A stretch of 64,000 nt of DNA, from the NCBI GenBank assembly GCA_964016885.1, contig OZ024743.1:246884001-246948000 (forward strand), given 5' to 3'. Of this stretch, positions 11,383-25,270 are shown one piece after another (the first letter of the stretch is position 1; every line of letters starts with the position of its first letter). Source of the DNA: Eledone cirrhosa (taxonomy: Eukaryota). The notes under the pieces are model-generated. The model had not been told where the DNA came from and did no database searches. It saw only the letters and a list, made by a program, of their open reading frames with translations. Position numbers and translations under genes: made by a program.

Positions 11383-13785
11383 TCATCATCATCATCATCA
11401 TCACCGTTTTACGTCCGTTCTTCCACGCTAGCATGGGTTAGACGGGTTGTCCTGTTGTGGGCAGTGTCTGGTCGGCTGACCATGCCTTGCTCATACAGGA
11501 ACTGATTTGGCTTGATTTCTACAGCTGGATGCCCTTCCTAACACCAACCTCATTTACAGTGAGTGCTGGGTGCCTTTTTGTGGCGCCTACACGTCCACTT
11601 TACAGTGTGGGCTGGGTGCTTTTTTGCCGTGGCACCTCCACGACCACCTTGCGGTGGGGGGTGTGGGGGCATATTGTCTATATGCTTCAGCTTGTACCCA
11701 TGGGAGGTCGGGTACTCTGTATTACTGCGTGACGCCAGAAGTCATGGTCGTGTGTCATTGTCTTTGAGAGGTGTAATTGGGTAAGGTCGGCTTTTATCAC
11801 CTCATCCCAGGTCATCTTGGGTCTCCCCACTCCGCGGTTTCCATCAACTTCTAGTGCTCTGCACCTTTTTATGCAGCTGTCATCCTTCATACGCATCACA
11901 TGTCCATACCAGCACAACCGCCTCTCCTGCACACAGCATTTGATTCCTCTTATGCTCAGTCTCTCTCTCAATTCATTTATGCTTTGTCGTTCACGTATAT
12001 TATTGTTACACATCCATCGGAGCATGCAGGCTTCGTTTCTCTCTAATCTACGTAAGTCTTCCACCTTCAGCGCCCAGGTCTCGCTACCATGCAACATCGC
12101 TGTTCGGATACACGCATCATACAGTCTGCCTTTCATTCTGAGGGAGAAGCCTTTTGCAGATAGCAGTGGTAGTAGTTCCCTAAACTTCTTCCACCCCGTT
12201 CTTACCCTAGTTATTGCACTTTCTGAACACCCACCTCCGTTGCTAATTCGGTCACCTAGGTAGCAGAAGCTGTCTACTGTTTCTACAGGGCCCTCCCAGA
12301 GATTGGTGGTACTTGTTTCCTGTGGCTGTTTGCTGTTTGCTGTCTCAGCACAGCTGCTGCATGTGAATCCTACATTCTTAATTAAGCTTCCTGAGATCCC
12401 GCTACATCTCTTGTGTACCCATTGTTTGCATTTGGGGCAGAGAATGGAGTTCCTACCTACACCTTTCCTACATACTGAGCAAGGCCATTTCCCTGAGGGG
12501 ATCTGGGTTCTGTTTTCTCGTCTACTTACAAGGACCTTAGTTTTTGTCATGTTGACTTTGAGACCCTTTCTTTCTAGTCCCTGCTTCCAGGTTTGGAATT
12601 TATTCTCTAGTTCTACCATAGATTCAGCTATGAGTGCGAGGTCATCAGCATACAGGAGTTCCCATGGGCATCCGGTCTTAAACTCCTACGTTATTGCCTG
12701 CAGGACTATGATGAACAGGAGAGGGCTAAGAACAGAGCCCTGGTGGACCCCAACCTGTACGCTAAATTCCTCGCTATACTCATTACTAATCCTAACTTTG
12801 CTGACTGCTCCCCTATACATGGCTTGTACCACTTTCACAAGCCATTCATCTACTTCTAGTTTTCTAAGAGCCCACCAGATTACAGCACGTGGAACTCTGT
12901 CAAAGGCTTTCTCAAGGTCGACAAATGCCAAGTAGAGTGGCTTACATTTAGCTAGGTACTTTTCCTGTAATTGCCTCACAAGGAAGAGGGCATCAGTGGT
13001 GCCTTTCCCTGGTACAAACCCAAATTGCATCTCGTCTATTTTCACCCGGTCCCTAATCAGCTGTGCTATAACTCTTTCTGTTACTTTCATGACCTGGTCC
13101 ATCAACTTTATACCTCTATAGTTTCCTCTATCTAGTGCATCGCCTTTACCTTTGTAGCAGTTGACAATGGTGCTATTGCACCAATCTTTTGGTATTGCCC
13201 CTTCTAGTATTACCTGGTTAACGATACATGTGGTTATAGTGTGACCTACAGACCCAGATGCCTTCAGCATCTCGGCAGCTATACCCGATGGACCGGTTGC
13301 CTTCCCCATCTTCATATCTTTGATTGCCTTACTTACTTACGCTGCCGCTGACTTGTACTGCTGGTCCCTCTATAGGGTCTACTTGGGGTAGGGTCTCTTC
13401 TTCCCATGCATTCTCCTCATTTAGTAATCTATCATAATGACTCTTCCATGCATCTTTCTTCTCAGCACTTGTGAGGGCAAGCTCACCTTTATCATTCCGG
13501 ATACACTTCTCTCCAATGACATCACAACTATCTCTGACAAACTGCCTCGCAATCTTGAATACCTCATGTTTCTGGTCCTCACGTTGTAAAACATGCTTGA
13601 ATTTTCTATCCTCTGCTTCCCTCCTAGCTAAGTATACTTGTCGCCTAGCTTCCCTCTTGGTCTCTAAGTAATGTACCCTGCTCCCCCCGTTCTTCCATTC
13701 TTTCCATGCCTGTCTCTTGGCCTTGACTGCTTCATCTACCTTATTGTTCCACCACCAAGTCACTCTCCTCCTGCTTGAGGTCTTA
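11383..13785 (-). mobile_element. RTE-clade LINE family 1, 5'-truncated young copy (RT, Cys-rich insert, 3' UTR, (GAT)n tail)
   Basis: NYRGIKL, QFGFVPGKGTTDA, FVDLEKAFDRV, GVHQGSVLSPLLF, LLYADDL, WPCSVCRKGVG; one stop at 12686 and a frameshift near 13325. Confidence 0.95.
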
Positions 13786-13786
13786 C

Positions 13787-13826
<40 letters not shown>

Positions 13827-13845
13827 CTTGAGGTCTTACATATAT

Positions 13846-13876
<31 letters not shown>

Positions 13877-14030
13877 ATATATATATATTATATATATATA
13901 TTATATATATAATATATATATATATATAATATATATATTATATATATATATATATAATATATATATATATAATATATATATAATATATATATATATATAA
14001 TATATATATTAAATATATATATATATTATA

Positions 14031-14698
14031 CGTGAACGGCAAAGCATAAACGAACTAAGGAAAAAATTAGAAATAAGAGGGATCAGATGTTGTTTACTCG
14101 AGAGAAGGCTACGTGATGCGCATGAAAGTCGATAGCTGTATAACAAAGTGCAGGGCAATAAAGATAGACGGTAGCCACGGAATAGGCAGACCTAGAAAAA
14201 CCTGGGATGAGCTGATAAACTCCGACCTCACACATTTACACCTCTCCAAGACAATGTCACTGGACCGAGACCTTTGGCGGTACTCAGTAAGAGAAGACCC
14301 GCCTTACCTAAATACATAGTAAAACCTACTACAGCCAGTAGGCATCTAACAAAATACCCCCCCCCCCCCCCCGTCCCACCACCCCCAACCCCGTTCTATG
14401 TAAAGTTGTGTTGGTGCCACACCATCCAGGCCGAAACAAATGAGATCGTGTAGGTGTCACAACAAAAAAACACACAGTCCACGCTGTAATGTGGCTGTGT
14501 AGGCAACACGGTAAAAACCTCCCAGATCAACACTGTAAATGTGGTTGGTGTTAGGAAGGGCATCCAACTGTAGAAAACCTGCCAGACAGTCCTATGCGAG
14601 CAAGACAATCACTCTTGCCTCAAGTGGGACTACCCCTGTCCAAACCCATGCAAGCGTGGAACACGGACGTTAAACGGTGATGATGATGATGATGATGA
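14031..14698 (+). mobile_element. RTE LINE family 2, 3' fragment
   Basis: MRMKVDSCITKCR...GRPRKTWDE is homologous to the family 1 C-terminus; related 3' UTR and (GAT)n tail. Confidence 0.85.
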
Positions 14699-14715
14699 TT
14701 ATATATATATCTATC

Positions 14716-14972
14716 TATCTAAGGCGGGTAAAATTCCCGAGATCCATGGACGAGTTCTCTCCAGCGGTCTCTGTCCCTCATTATCGCTGCCATATCCTGC
14801 ATCTCCAACAGACCAGTGTCTGTCCTTAGGGCATCAACATATGTTAACCTTAGTCTTCCTCTTCTAGTGTGTCCATGTAGGGGCTCCCAAAGGAGCACTG
14901 AGTGCAATGTCAACTCTGGATGTCGGTGAGCATGTCCAGCCAACCTCAGTCTTCTCTCTGTCACTTTTGAGT
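14716..14972 (-). mobile_element. RTE/RTEX-like LINE C-terminal fragment
   Basis: RRLRLAGHAHRHPE...LLWEP.HG..RRGR...DRDRWR; bounded by (TA)n. Confidence 0.75.
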
Positions 14973-15194
14973 ATATATATATATAATATATATATATATA
15001 TAACATATATATTATATATATATATATTATATATATAATATATATAACACATATATTATATATATATTATATATATATAATATATATATATATATAATAT
15101 ATATATTATATATATATATTATATATATATATATATTATATATATAATATATATATAATATATATAATATATAAATATATAATATATATATATA

Positions 15195-15527
15195 CATCAT
15201 CATCAGTTTACGTCCGCTTTTCCCTGCTTGCAATGGGATGGACATTGATTCTGTCTTGATTTCTACACCTTGATGCCCTTCCTAACACCAACCTCATTTA
15301 CAGTGAGTGCTGGGTGCTTTTTTTGCCGTTGCTCCTCCACGACCACTTTGCAGTGGAATGATAGGGACCCCAGTCCCTATCATCTCATTTCTACAGCTGA
15401 GTAAACTGCAGGAATGTGAAATAAAGTGTCTTGCTCAAGGAAACAACACATCACCCGGTCTGAGAATTGAACTCACAACCTTTCGATTGCAAGGCCAATA
15501 CTCTAACCACTAAGCCATGTGCCTCCA
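15195..15527 (-). mobile_element. tRNA-headed SINE (family 2) with RTE-type 3' tail (related heads ~4420-4650-, ~7950-8050-, 33660+, 41280+, 43195+, 49003+, 59370+)
   Basis: Minus strand reads ggcacatggcttagtggttag...gagttcaattc (A/B boxes), then ggttggtgttaggaagggcatc and (GAT)n shared with the RTE 3' end. Confidence 0.75.
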
Positions 15528-15590
15528 TATATATATATATATATATAATATATATATAATATATATAATATCTATATTATATATATATAT

Positions 15591-15899
15591 CATCATCACC
15601 ATCATCATCATCGTTTAACGTCCATCTTCCACGCTTGCATGGGTTTGGACGGGAGTTTTCCCACTTGAGGCAAGAGTGGTTGTCTTGCTCACATAGGACT
15701 GTCTGGCGGGTTTTCTATGGCTGGATGCCCTTCCTAACACCAACCACGTTCACAGTGTGGACTGGGAGGTTTTTACCGTGTTACCTACACGGCCACATTA
15801 CAGCGTGGATTGTGTGTTTCTTTGTCGTAACACCTACACGACCTCATTTGTTTCGGACTCGCTGTTGTGGTACCAACATAACTTTACATTGAAAGGGGT
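15591..15899 (-). mobile_element. RTE family 2 3' UTR copy
   Basis: Reverse-complement match to 14395-14698. Confidence 0.85.
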
Positions 15900-16032
15900 G
15901 TATATATATAATATATATATATATAATATATAAATATGTATATAATATATATATATATAATATATATATATTATATATATAATATATATATTATATATAT
16001 ATATATAATATATATATATTATATATATAATA

Positions 16033-17437
16033 TACTCTTTTACTCTTTTACCTGTTTCAGCCATCCGGCTGAGGCCATGCTGGGGCACCGCCCTTGTTGC
16101 TACACATTTTATCTCCAGCCTGTATAGGTTGGCCACTGGTGTAGGAGGGAGTTTGTTGCTGCCGCCCGTAGGTTTCCCTCGTGTCTTGCTGTGGGCTCAT
16201 CCGGGATCCTGGATAACAAGGTGTCGAGATGTTTCTTAAAGACATCCACCTCCACGTCATGCAAGTCTCGCAGATGCCTCGGCAGCCTGTTGAAGAGTTG
16301 AGGGCCCTTGAATCCCAGGCTATTGCAATACCTGCTCCTTATTCTAGATGTGGAAGACGGGACCTTTGGCACCACACAGTGACGTCCTATTCGACGGTTG
16401 GTCCAGCTCCCAATGCCAAAGTTTGGTGCTAGTCCCTCCAGGATTTTCCACATGTAGATCACTGCGTATCTCTCCCGTCTTCGCTCCAAGGAGTAGAGGT
16501 TCAGTTCCTTCAGCCTCTCCCAGTAGCTTGTCTCCCTCATCTTGGCAATCCTCTTGGTGTAGCTTCGCTGGATTGCCTCAAGCTCTGTGGTTAGTTTGAC
16601 ACTATGGGGTGACTACAGCTGGGAGCAGTAGTCCAGGCGGCTTAGGACAAAAGTCCTCCACAGTGTCAACATGGTGTCTCGATCTCTTGTAAGGAAAGTC
16701 CTCAAGATCCAGCCAGCGAATCGTCTACATGCTGTCGCCACCTTCATGATGTGTGAAGAAAAAGATGCATCATCGCTCATGTCTATGCCCAGGTCTCGTA
16801 TCGATTTTGACACGGGGATATCGGTCCCTCCTGGTCCTGTGTAGCTGTGTTCCACTATATTTGTGTTTGTGTTTGCAGGTTTGTATTGTAGGGCTTGGAA
16901 TTTGCCAGCATTAAACTGCATGTTGTTTTCTTCCGCCCATCTGTATATGGCATCCAGATCCTGCTGTAAGAGGGCAGCGTCAGCCGGGTTTTTGATTGCC
17001 TGTGCTACCTTAGTGTCATCAGCATAGCTAGTGAGGGATGTTGTTGCATGCACCACAGAGGGCATGTCCGAGAGAGCCACCAAAAACAGTAGTGGTCCCA
17101 GGACTGTCCCCTGAGGCACCCCACTTGTTATCGGTGTTTCCCTCGAGAGGGCCCCATTTGCTGCGACTGCCTGGCTTCTGTCCCTTAGGAAGCCATGCAG
17201 CCACTCACCTACTTTTCCAGTTATGCCGAGTCCGTGTAGTTTGTGACATATCATTCCGTGGTCAACCTTGTCAAAGGCCTTCGCAAAGTCAAGATATATC
17301 ACGTCTACATGTGAGCCGTCTAGCAGTTGTCTCAGTACCCAGTCGTAGTGATGTAGCAGCTGTGTAAGGCAGCTTCTTCCTGGGCAGAAGCCATGTTGCG
17401 TGCTAGTCAGGCGGTCATTTTCTTCGAGGAAAGTGAT
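16033..17437 (-). mobile_element. CR1/L2-group LINE, 5'-truncated (RT and C-terminus)
   Basis: YLDFAKAFDKVDH, GVPQGTVLGPLLFL, YADDTK, RLDYCSQL*SP (single W-to-stop at 16613), SLERRRER; tail of aaaagagt repeats. Confidence 0.92.
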
Positions 17438-17540
17438 TATATATATATATAATATATATATTATATATATAGTATATATTATATATATATTATATATATA
17501 TTATATATATATATATTATATATATATATATTATATATAT

Positions 17541-18151
17541 ACGTGAACGACAAAGCATAAAGGAATTGAGAGAGAGACTGAGCATAAGAGGAATCAAATG
17601 CTGCGTGCAGGAGAGGCGGTTACGCTGGTATGGACATGTGATGCGTATGAAGGATGACAGCTGCATAAAAAGGTGCAAAGCACTAGAAGTTGATGGAAAC
17701 CGCGGAGTGGGGAGACCCAAGATGACCTGGGATGAGGTGATAAAAGCCGACCTTACCCAATTACACCTCTCAAAGTCAATGACACACGACCGTGACTTCT
17801 GGCGTCACGCAGTAATACAGGGTACCCGACCTCCCATGGGAACATGCTGAAGCATATAAACAATATGCCCCCCCCCCCACTGCAAGGTGGTCGTGGAGGT
17901 GCCACGGCAAAAAAGCACCCAGCCCACACTGTAAAGTGGACGTGTAGGCGCCACGAAAAAGCACCCAGCACTCACTGTAAATGAGGTTGGTGTTAGGAAG
18001 GGCATCCAGCTGTAGAAATCAAGCCAGATCAGTTCCTGTATGAGCAAGGCATGGTCAGCCGACCAGACACTGCCCACAACAGGACAACCCGTCTAACCCA
18101 TGCTAGTGTGGAAGAACGGACGTAAAACGGTGATGATGATGATGATGATGA
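17541..18151 (+). mobile_element. RTE family 1, 3' fragment
   Basis: Near-identical reverse complement of 11383-12000. Confidence 0.92.
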
Positions 18152-18379
18152 TTATATATATATTATATACATATATATATATTATATATATATATTATAT
18201 ATATATATATGATATATATATTATATATAATATATATATTATATATATAATATATATATAATATATATATAATATATATATAATATATATATAATATATA
18301 TATTATATATATATATATAATATATATATTATATATATATTATATATATAATATATATATATATAATATATATATTATA

Positions 18380-18424
<45 letters not shown>

Positions 18425-18590
18425 ATATTATATATATATTATATATATAATATATATATATAATATATATTATATATATATAATATATATTATATATATA
18501 TATGTTATATATATATATTATATATATATATATTATATATATATTATATATATAATATATATATGTAATATATATTATATATATATAATA

Positions 18591-19775
18591 TAATCTGGTG
18601 GGCTCTTCTTTGACAGAGTTCCACGTGCAGTAATCTGGTGGGCTCTTAGAAAACTAGGAGTAGATGAATGGCTTGTGAAAGCGGTACAAGCCATGTATAG
18701 GGGAGCAGTCAGCAAAGTTAGGATTGGCAATGAGTATAGCGAGGAATTTAGCGTACAGGTTGGGGTCCACCAGGGCTCTGTTCTTAGCCCTCTCCTGTTC
18801 ATCATAGTCCTGCAGGCAATAACGGAGGAGTTTAAGACCGGATGCCCATGGGAACTCCTGTATGCTGATGACCTCGCACTCATAGCTGAATCTATGGTAG
18901 AACTAGAGAATAAATTCCAAACCTGGAAGCAGGGACTAGAGAGAAAGGGCCTCAAAGTCAACATGACAAAGACTAAGGTCCTTATAAGTAGACGAGAAAA
19001 CAGAACCCAGATCCCCTCAGGGAAATGGCCTTGCTCAGTATGTAGGAAAGGTGTAGGTAGGAACTCCATTCTTTGCCCCAAATGCAAACAATGGGTACAC
19101 AAGAGATGTAGCGGGATCTCAGGAAGCTTAATTAAGAATGTAGGATTCACATGCAGCAGCTGTGCTGAAACAGCAAGCAAACAGCCACAGGAAACAAGTA
19201 CCACCAATCTCTGGGAGGGCCCTGTAGAAACAGTAGACAGCTTCTGCTACCTAGGTGACCGAATTAGCAACGGAGGTGGGTGCTCAGAAAGTACAATAAC
19301 TAGGGTAAGAACGGGATGGAAGAAGTTTAGGGAACTACTACCACTGCTAGCTGCAAAAGGCTTCTCCCTCAGAATGAAAGGCAGACTGTATGATGCGTGT
19401 ATCCGAACAGCGATGTTGCATGGTAGTGAGACCTGGGCGCTGAAGGTGGAAGACTTACGTAGATTAGAGAGAAACGAAGCCTGCATGCTCCGATGGATGT
19501 GTAACAGTAATATACGTGAACGACAAAGCATAAATGAATTGAGAGAGAGACTGAGCATAAGAGGAATCAAATGCTGCGTGCAGGAGAGGCGGTTACGCTG
19601 GTATGGACATGTGATGCGTATGAAGGATGACAGCTGTAGAAATCAAGCCAGATCAGTTCCTGTATGAGCAAGGCATGGTCAGCCGACCAGACACTGCCCA
19701 CAACAGGACAACCCGTCTAACCCATGCTAGCGTGGAAGAACGGACGTAAAACGGTGATGATGATGATGATGATGA
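18591..19775 (+). mobile_element. RTE family 1 copy with internal deletion
   Basis: 330-aa open RT fragment nearly identical to the 11.7-12.9 kb copy; ORF joined to the 3' UTR at CAGCTG 19631-19636. Confidence 0.93.
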
Positions 19776-20110
19776 TATAATATTCATTATATATATATAT
19801 ATTATATATAATATATATATATTATATATATATATATATTATATATTTAATATATATATATATAATATATATATTATATATATATATATTATATATATAT
19901 ATATATTATATATATAATATATATATATATATATAATATATATATTATATATATATTATATATATAATATATATATATATATATAATATATATGTTATAT
20001 AATATATATATATATATATTATATATATAATATATATGTTATATAATATATATATATATATATTATATATATAATATATATGTTATATAATATATATATA
20101 TTATATATAT

Positions 20111-20154
<44 letters not shown>

Positions 20155-20189
20155 TATAATATATATAATATATATATAATATATATAAT

Positions 20190-21149
20190 ATAAACGGAAA
20201 AAATGAAACGAAATTTCATTTCCCACTCTTAGTACGGCTGTTACTTAAATATAAGTATGTACACGTACATACATATATGTATACAGACGTACAGTAGTAT
20301 GTATATATACATACATGCACACATATATATATGTACGTATGGATGCACCGAACATTTATTATAATGCTCGCTGTGTTTGTAAACAAACATCCCGTATTAA
20401 GCCGTAGTGTCTAGCAACCATCGTTGCTCATTTGTTCAACACTAACAAAGGAACGCTGTACTAGTTTCAAGCTTATTAGCTATCGTCAGCAACGTATACC
20501 TTCTTGCCAGATTGTTGAACGTATATACTTGCCTTATGCATATTAACGGCTGAGTAGCCCAATTTGCATATAGAGTGGGTTAATCGGCCGGGTGCACCGA
20601 AAACGATAAACGGAAAAAATGAAACAAAATTTTATTTCCCACTCTTAGTACGGCTGTTACTTAAATATAAGTATGTTCACGTACATACATATATGTATAC
20701 AGACATACAGTAGTATGTATATATATATACATACATGCACACATATATATATGTACATATATCCATACGTACATATATATATGTGTGCATGTATGTATAT
20801 ATATATGTATAATACTGTACGTCTGTATACATATATGTATGTGCGTATACATACTTATATTTAAGTAACAGCCGTACTAAGAGTGAGAAATGAAATTTTG
20901 TTTCATTTTTTCCGTTTATCGTTTTCGGTACCCCGGCCGATTAACTAACTCTATATGCAAATTAGGCTGCTCAGCCGTTAATATGCATAAGGAAAGTATA
21001 GACGTTCAGTCATCTGGCAGGAAGGTATACGTTGCTGACGATAGCTAATAAGCTTGAAACTAGTACAGCGTTCCTTTGTCAGGGTTGAACAAATGAGCAA
21101 CGATGGTTGCTATACACTGTACGGCTTAATTCGGGATGTTTGTTTACAA
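20190..21149. mobile_element. Fold-back element C: ~1.4 tandem units of a 416-bp monomer followed by an inverted copy (retrozyme-like)
   Basis: Direct repeat 20190-20345 vs 20606-20758 (period 416); inverted arms 20377-20757 / ~20768-21149; one HHR per arm; abuts (TA)n on the left. Confidence 0.85.
21029..21071 (+). ncRNA. Minimal type I hammerhead ribozyme (identical mirror copy on - strand at 20453-20495)
   Basis: acgttg-CTGACGA-t-agct(aata)agct-t-GAAA-CTAG-TA^cagcgt; palindromic stem III ACTAGT. Confidence 0.9.
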
Positions 21150-21400
21150 TAGTGGTATGAGCTCTCTGAACTTTTTCCACCCAGTTCTGACTCTAGCTAC
21201 TGTACTTTCAGAGCACCCTCCCCCACTGCTGATTTTGTCACCCAGGTAACGGAAGCTGTCCACTATTTCTATAGAACCCTCTGCGCAGTTGAAAGAGCTA
21301 GTATTTTTTGGGCACTTGCTGCTACTTATTGCCCCAGAACACCGGCCACATGTAAAATCTATGTTCTTAGTTAGCTTACCTGTGATCCCACTACATCTTT
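21150..21400 (-). mobile_element. RTE LINE internal fragment (third subfamily)
   Basis: Minus strand encodes VDSFRYLGDKISSGGGCSESTVARVRTGWKKFRELIPL. Confidence 0.85.
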
Positions 21401-21630
21401 ATATATATATATGTATATATATGTATATAATATATATATATATAATATATATATAAATAAATACAATATCTGAGAAGGCTTTTTAGCGATACTCCGGCCA
21501 AATTCCAACTCACTCAACAAACATTAGGAAATAAGTGATTATAATCCCAATTATGTGTTCGGGGTGCTAACTAAAAGTATTGCGTGGAAAATTGGCTGTA
21601 TTATTTCAAATGAGACATATCTAATATATC

Positions 21631-22627
<997 letters not shown>

Positions 22628-22827
22628 NNNNNNNNNNNNNNNNNNNNNNNNNNNNNNNNNNNNNNNNNNNNNNNNNNNNNNNNNNNNNNNNNNNNNNNNN
22701 NNNNNNNNNNNNNNNNNNNNNNNNNNNNNNNNNNNNNNNNNNNNNNNNNNNNNNNNNNNNNNNNNNNNNNNNNNNNNNNNNNNNNNNNNNNNNNNNNNNN
22801 NNNNNNNNNNNNNNNNNNNNNNNNNNN
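22628..22827. other. Assembly gap (200 N)
   Basis: N run adjacent to the (TA)n tract. Confidence 1.
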
Positions 22828-23587
22828 CATGTATCATTAATATTATATTGTTTTATTGTCTTTACATTTGTTAATTTTTTTAGCTGAAAAATTATCAGGT
22901 TTTATCATTTAATTGAATCACATCACTAATAGTGTTTATTTTTAGAATTTTTATTTTATTTATAAGTCATTTTTATACTTATAATTTGCATATAATTGGC
23001 AGAGTCATTAGGGCATTGGATTAAATGTTTCGGTATTTTTTGCCTATTCACTGTGCTCTGAGTTCAAATCCTGCCACAGTCAACTTTGCTTTTCATTCTT
23101 TCAATATTGATAAATATTAAACCAGTTCTGGGATGGTGGATTGGTGGAATTGTAAATGAATTAGTATTTCATTCATCATCATCATCATCATCTTGTGCAT
23201 TCTGACATTCAACATTCAACTTGTGCATTCTGAGTTCAAATTCCTCATCCTTCTTCCAGGAATTGGGACCAGCATATAGTATCAGCAATGGAAAGATCAA
23301 TGGAAACATTGTTTCCTTGGTCTGATCTGGTGATTGGCTCCTTTCCTGTTACTGTTTATTACTTATTACTAAAATTCAACATTTCCCTCTTTCCAATACT
23401 ATTTTATTTCAAATTCTCTGTTGAACAATCAATAGTAATGTTGATTGGATCTCCCATGCAGTAAGTTTATATTTCTCATAGTAAGACTTTGTAGAAGAAA
23501 CTTTGGTTAAAATTAATTTTATGGAGTTTTTTGTTATTATATATTGCTCAGAATTAATGTTTACTTTTTCATCTCCCTTTTTATTAG

Positions 23588-24340
23588 ACGTAGAATTTCA
23601 CTTGACAGCCACGGCGTCAGTTGCAACCAACAGCGTCACCTTACAACAACCAACAACACTCTCCTCTGATGCCAGTACTCACCACCAAATGAGTGATCTC
23701 CCTTCTCCTTCATCTTGTCACAAGCGTTCATTAAGTGGGCACATACCACCTCTGCACAAAAAATCTGCTCCTGTCCCATCAAGCACTTCTACTGCTGGAA
23801 CATCAATGTCACTGACAACATCTGTGATTCCTTTGTCTGAGCTAAGTACACAGTCTGCTCATACAAGCACGCTAAATCTTCATCGGCCTTCAGCAGATAC
23901 TCTTGGTACCCAGAGCAGTGGTAGTTCGACTCTTACCGGCAGTTCCCTGCCAGACAAGCTCAACGTGGTTGACGATGATACTGGTTTTAGCAACGGGCCC
24001 TATCAAGGTGAAGGATTAATTTCGAACCCTTTGGAATGTAGTAGCACTGCTAAAGCCACTAACACTTCTCTTGACTTTGAGCCTGGGAATGCTATTAAGA
24101 CATCACGCTCCAGGTCTGTTCCTCCTGCTCTAGTTTCCAAAAGTTTTCATTCAGATGTATACAATACAGCTTTTGCTCTCCACTCTTTGGGTGATGGAAA
24201 TTGTTCTGGCTATATGACAAAAGTTAGAGCTATGTGGGATGACCAGTTTTTGACAAAGCAGACTTCAGCCTCCACAGAGAGTAACCACTTAGGAGGTCTT
24301 AGCAGTGGGGTCACAGGACGGAATGGTTCCACCCCAGCAG
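23588..24340 (+). CDS. Host gene internal coding exon (753 bp, phase 1-1), Ser/Thr-rich
   Basis: Pyrimidine tract then ttattag acceptor; open frame VEFHLTATAS...GSTPA; donor CAG/gtcaga; higher GC than flanks. Confidence 0.8.
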
Positions 24341-25239
24341 GTCAGAATTTTAAAATTCCTTCTTAGAATTTCTCGTGGTAGTCACTTTTTTTTTTTTTAA
24401 AAACAAAAAAATAAAGTGCTACTTTATCAGTTGTGTCTTGATAATATTGGTACACTACAGGGGAAATAGCTAACTCTGTGGAACTGTCAACTAGGAGCTT
24501 TTTATTTTAATTTTTTCCATTTATTGTGTAATGGGATATAAATTGGCTTGCAGGAAAGAATACACTTTTTTGATATATATATAAAAAAAGGAAAACTTAA
24601 ATTTTCTGCCTGCCACCCCTAACTTGCTTCCAAGTGGAACCAATAGCCATTGCTTTTGCTGTTTTACTGTAAGAACTCTACTGTCAACTAATTATCTGCA
24701 GCATGCATTATTTCTGCACATATTGACTTTTGCATGCTTCCATCCCTCTCTCTTTCGCTCTCACACAAAATTATTTCTTCCATATCTAACAGCATGTTTT
24801 ATTTTTATTTAAAATTCTATATTTTCTACAGTGTATGTACTTGCTAAATTGGATTAATTTCATGTTTTTTTATTGCTCTTAAATATATTGCATCATTCTG
24901 ACAGAAACATTGCTATAAGTGTTGCTATTTCAATTTAATGTTAAGTTTGTAATAATTGTTGCTATTTTTTTTTTTTTGTAACCCCCACGAAATCTTATTT
25001 ATCATATTCTATTAAACTGCATTTCCTACAGCTACAATGAAAATATTCTGGGATAGGGCATGTAACCACATAATATCTCTTTATTCTATAGATTTCTATA
25101 TTTCCTCAGTAATATTTTCCCTTGCTGACAGATAATAGGAAGAGTGTTATGTCATAAAAACATTTGTATCTATGATACTAGTGTTATTTTAACTTTAACA
25201 TATCAGAAATTACTATAGTAAATATTCTGACCTTTCTTC

Positions 25240-25270
<31 letters not shown>

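Noticed and set aside
11817-12935. 148- and 210-aa + strand ORFs (and 18575-19570 on -)
   Set aside because: Antisense shadows of the RTE RT frame
21459-21630. Unique 170-bp insert between TA tracts as another HHR element
   Set aside because: No core motif or palindrome found; at most a truncated tail of unknown origin
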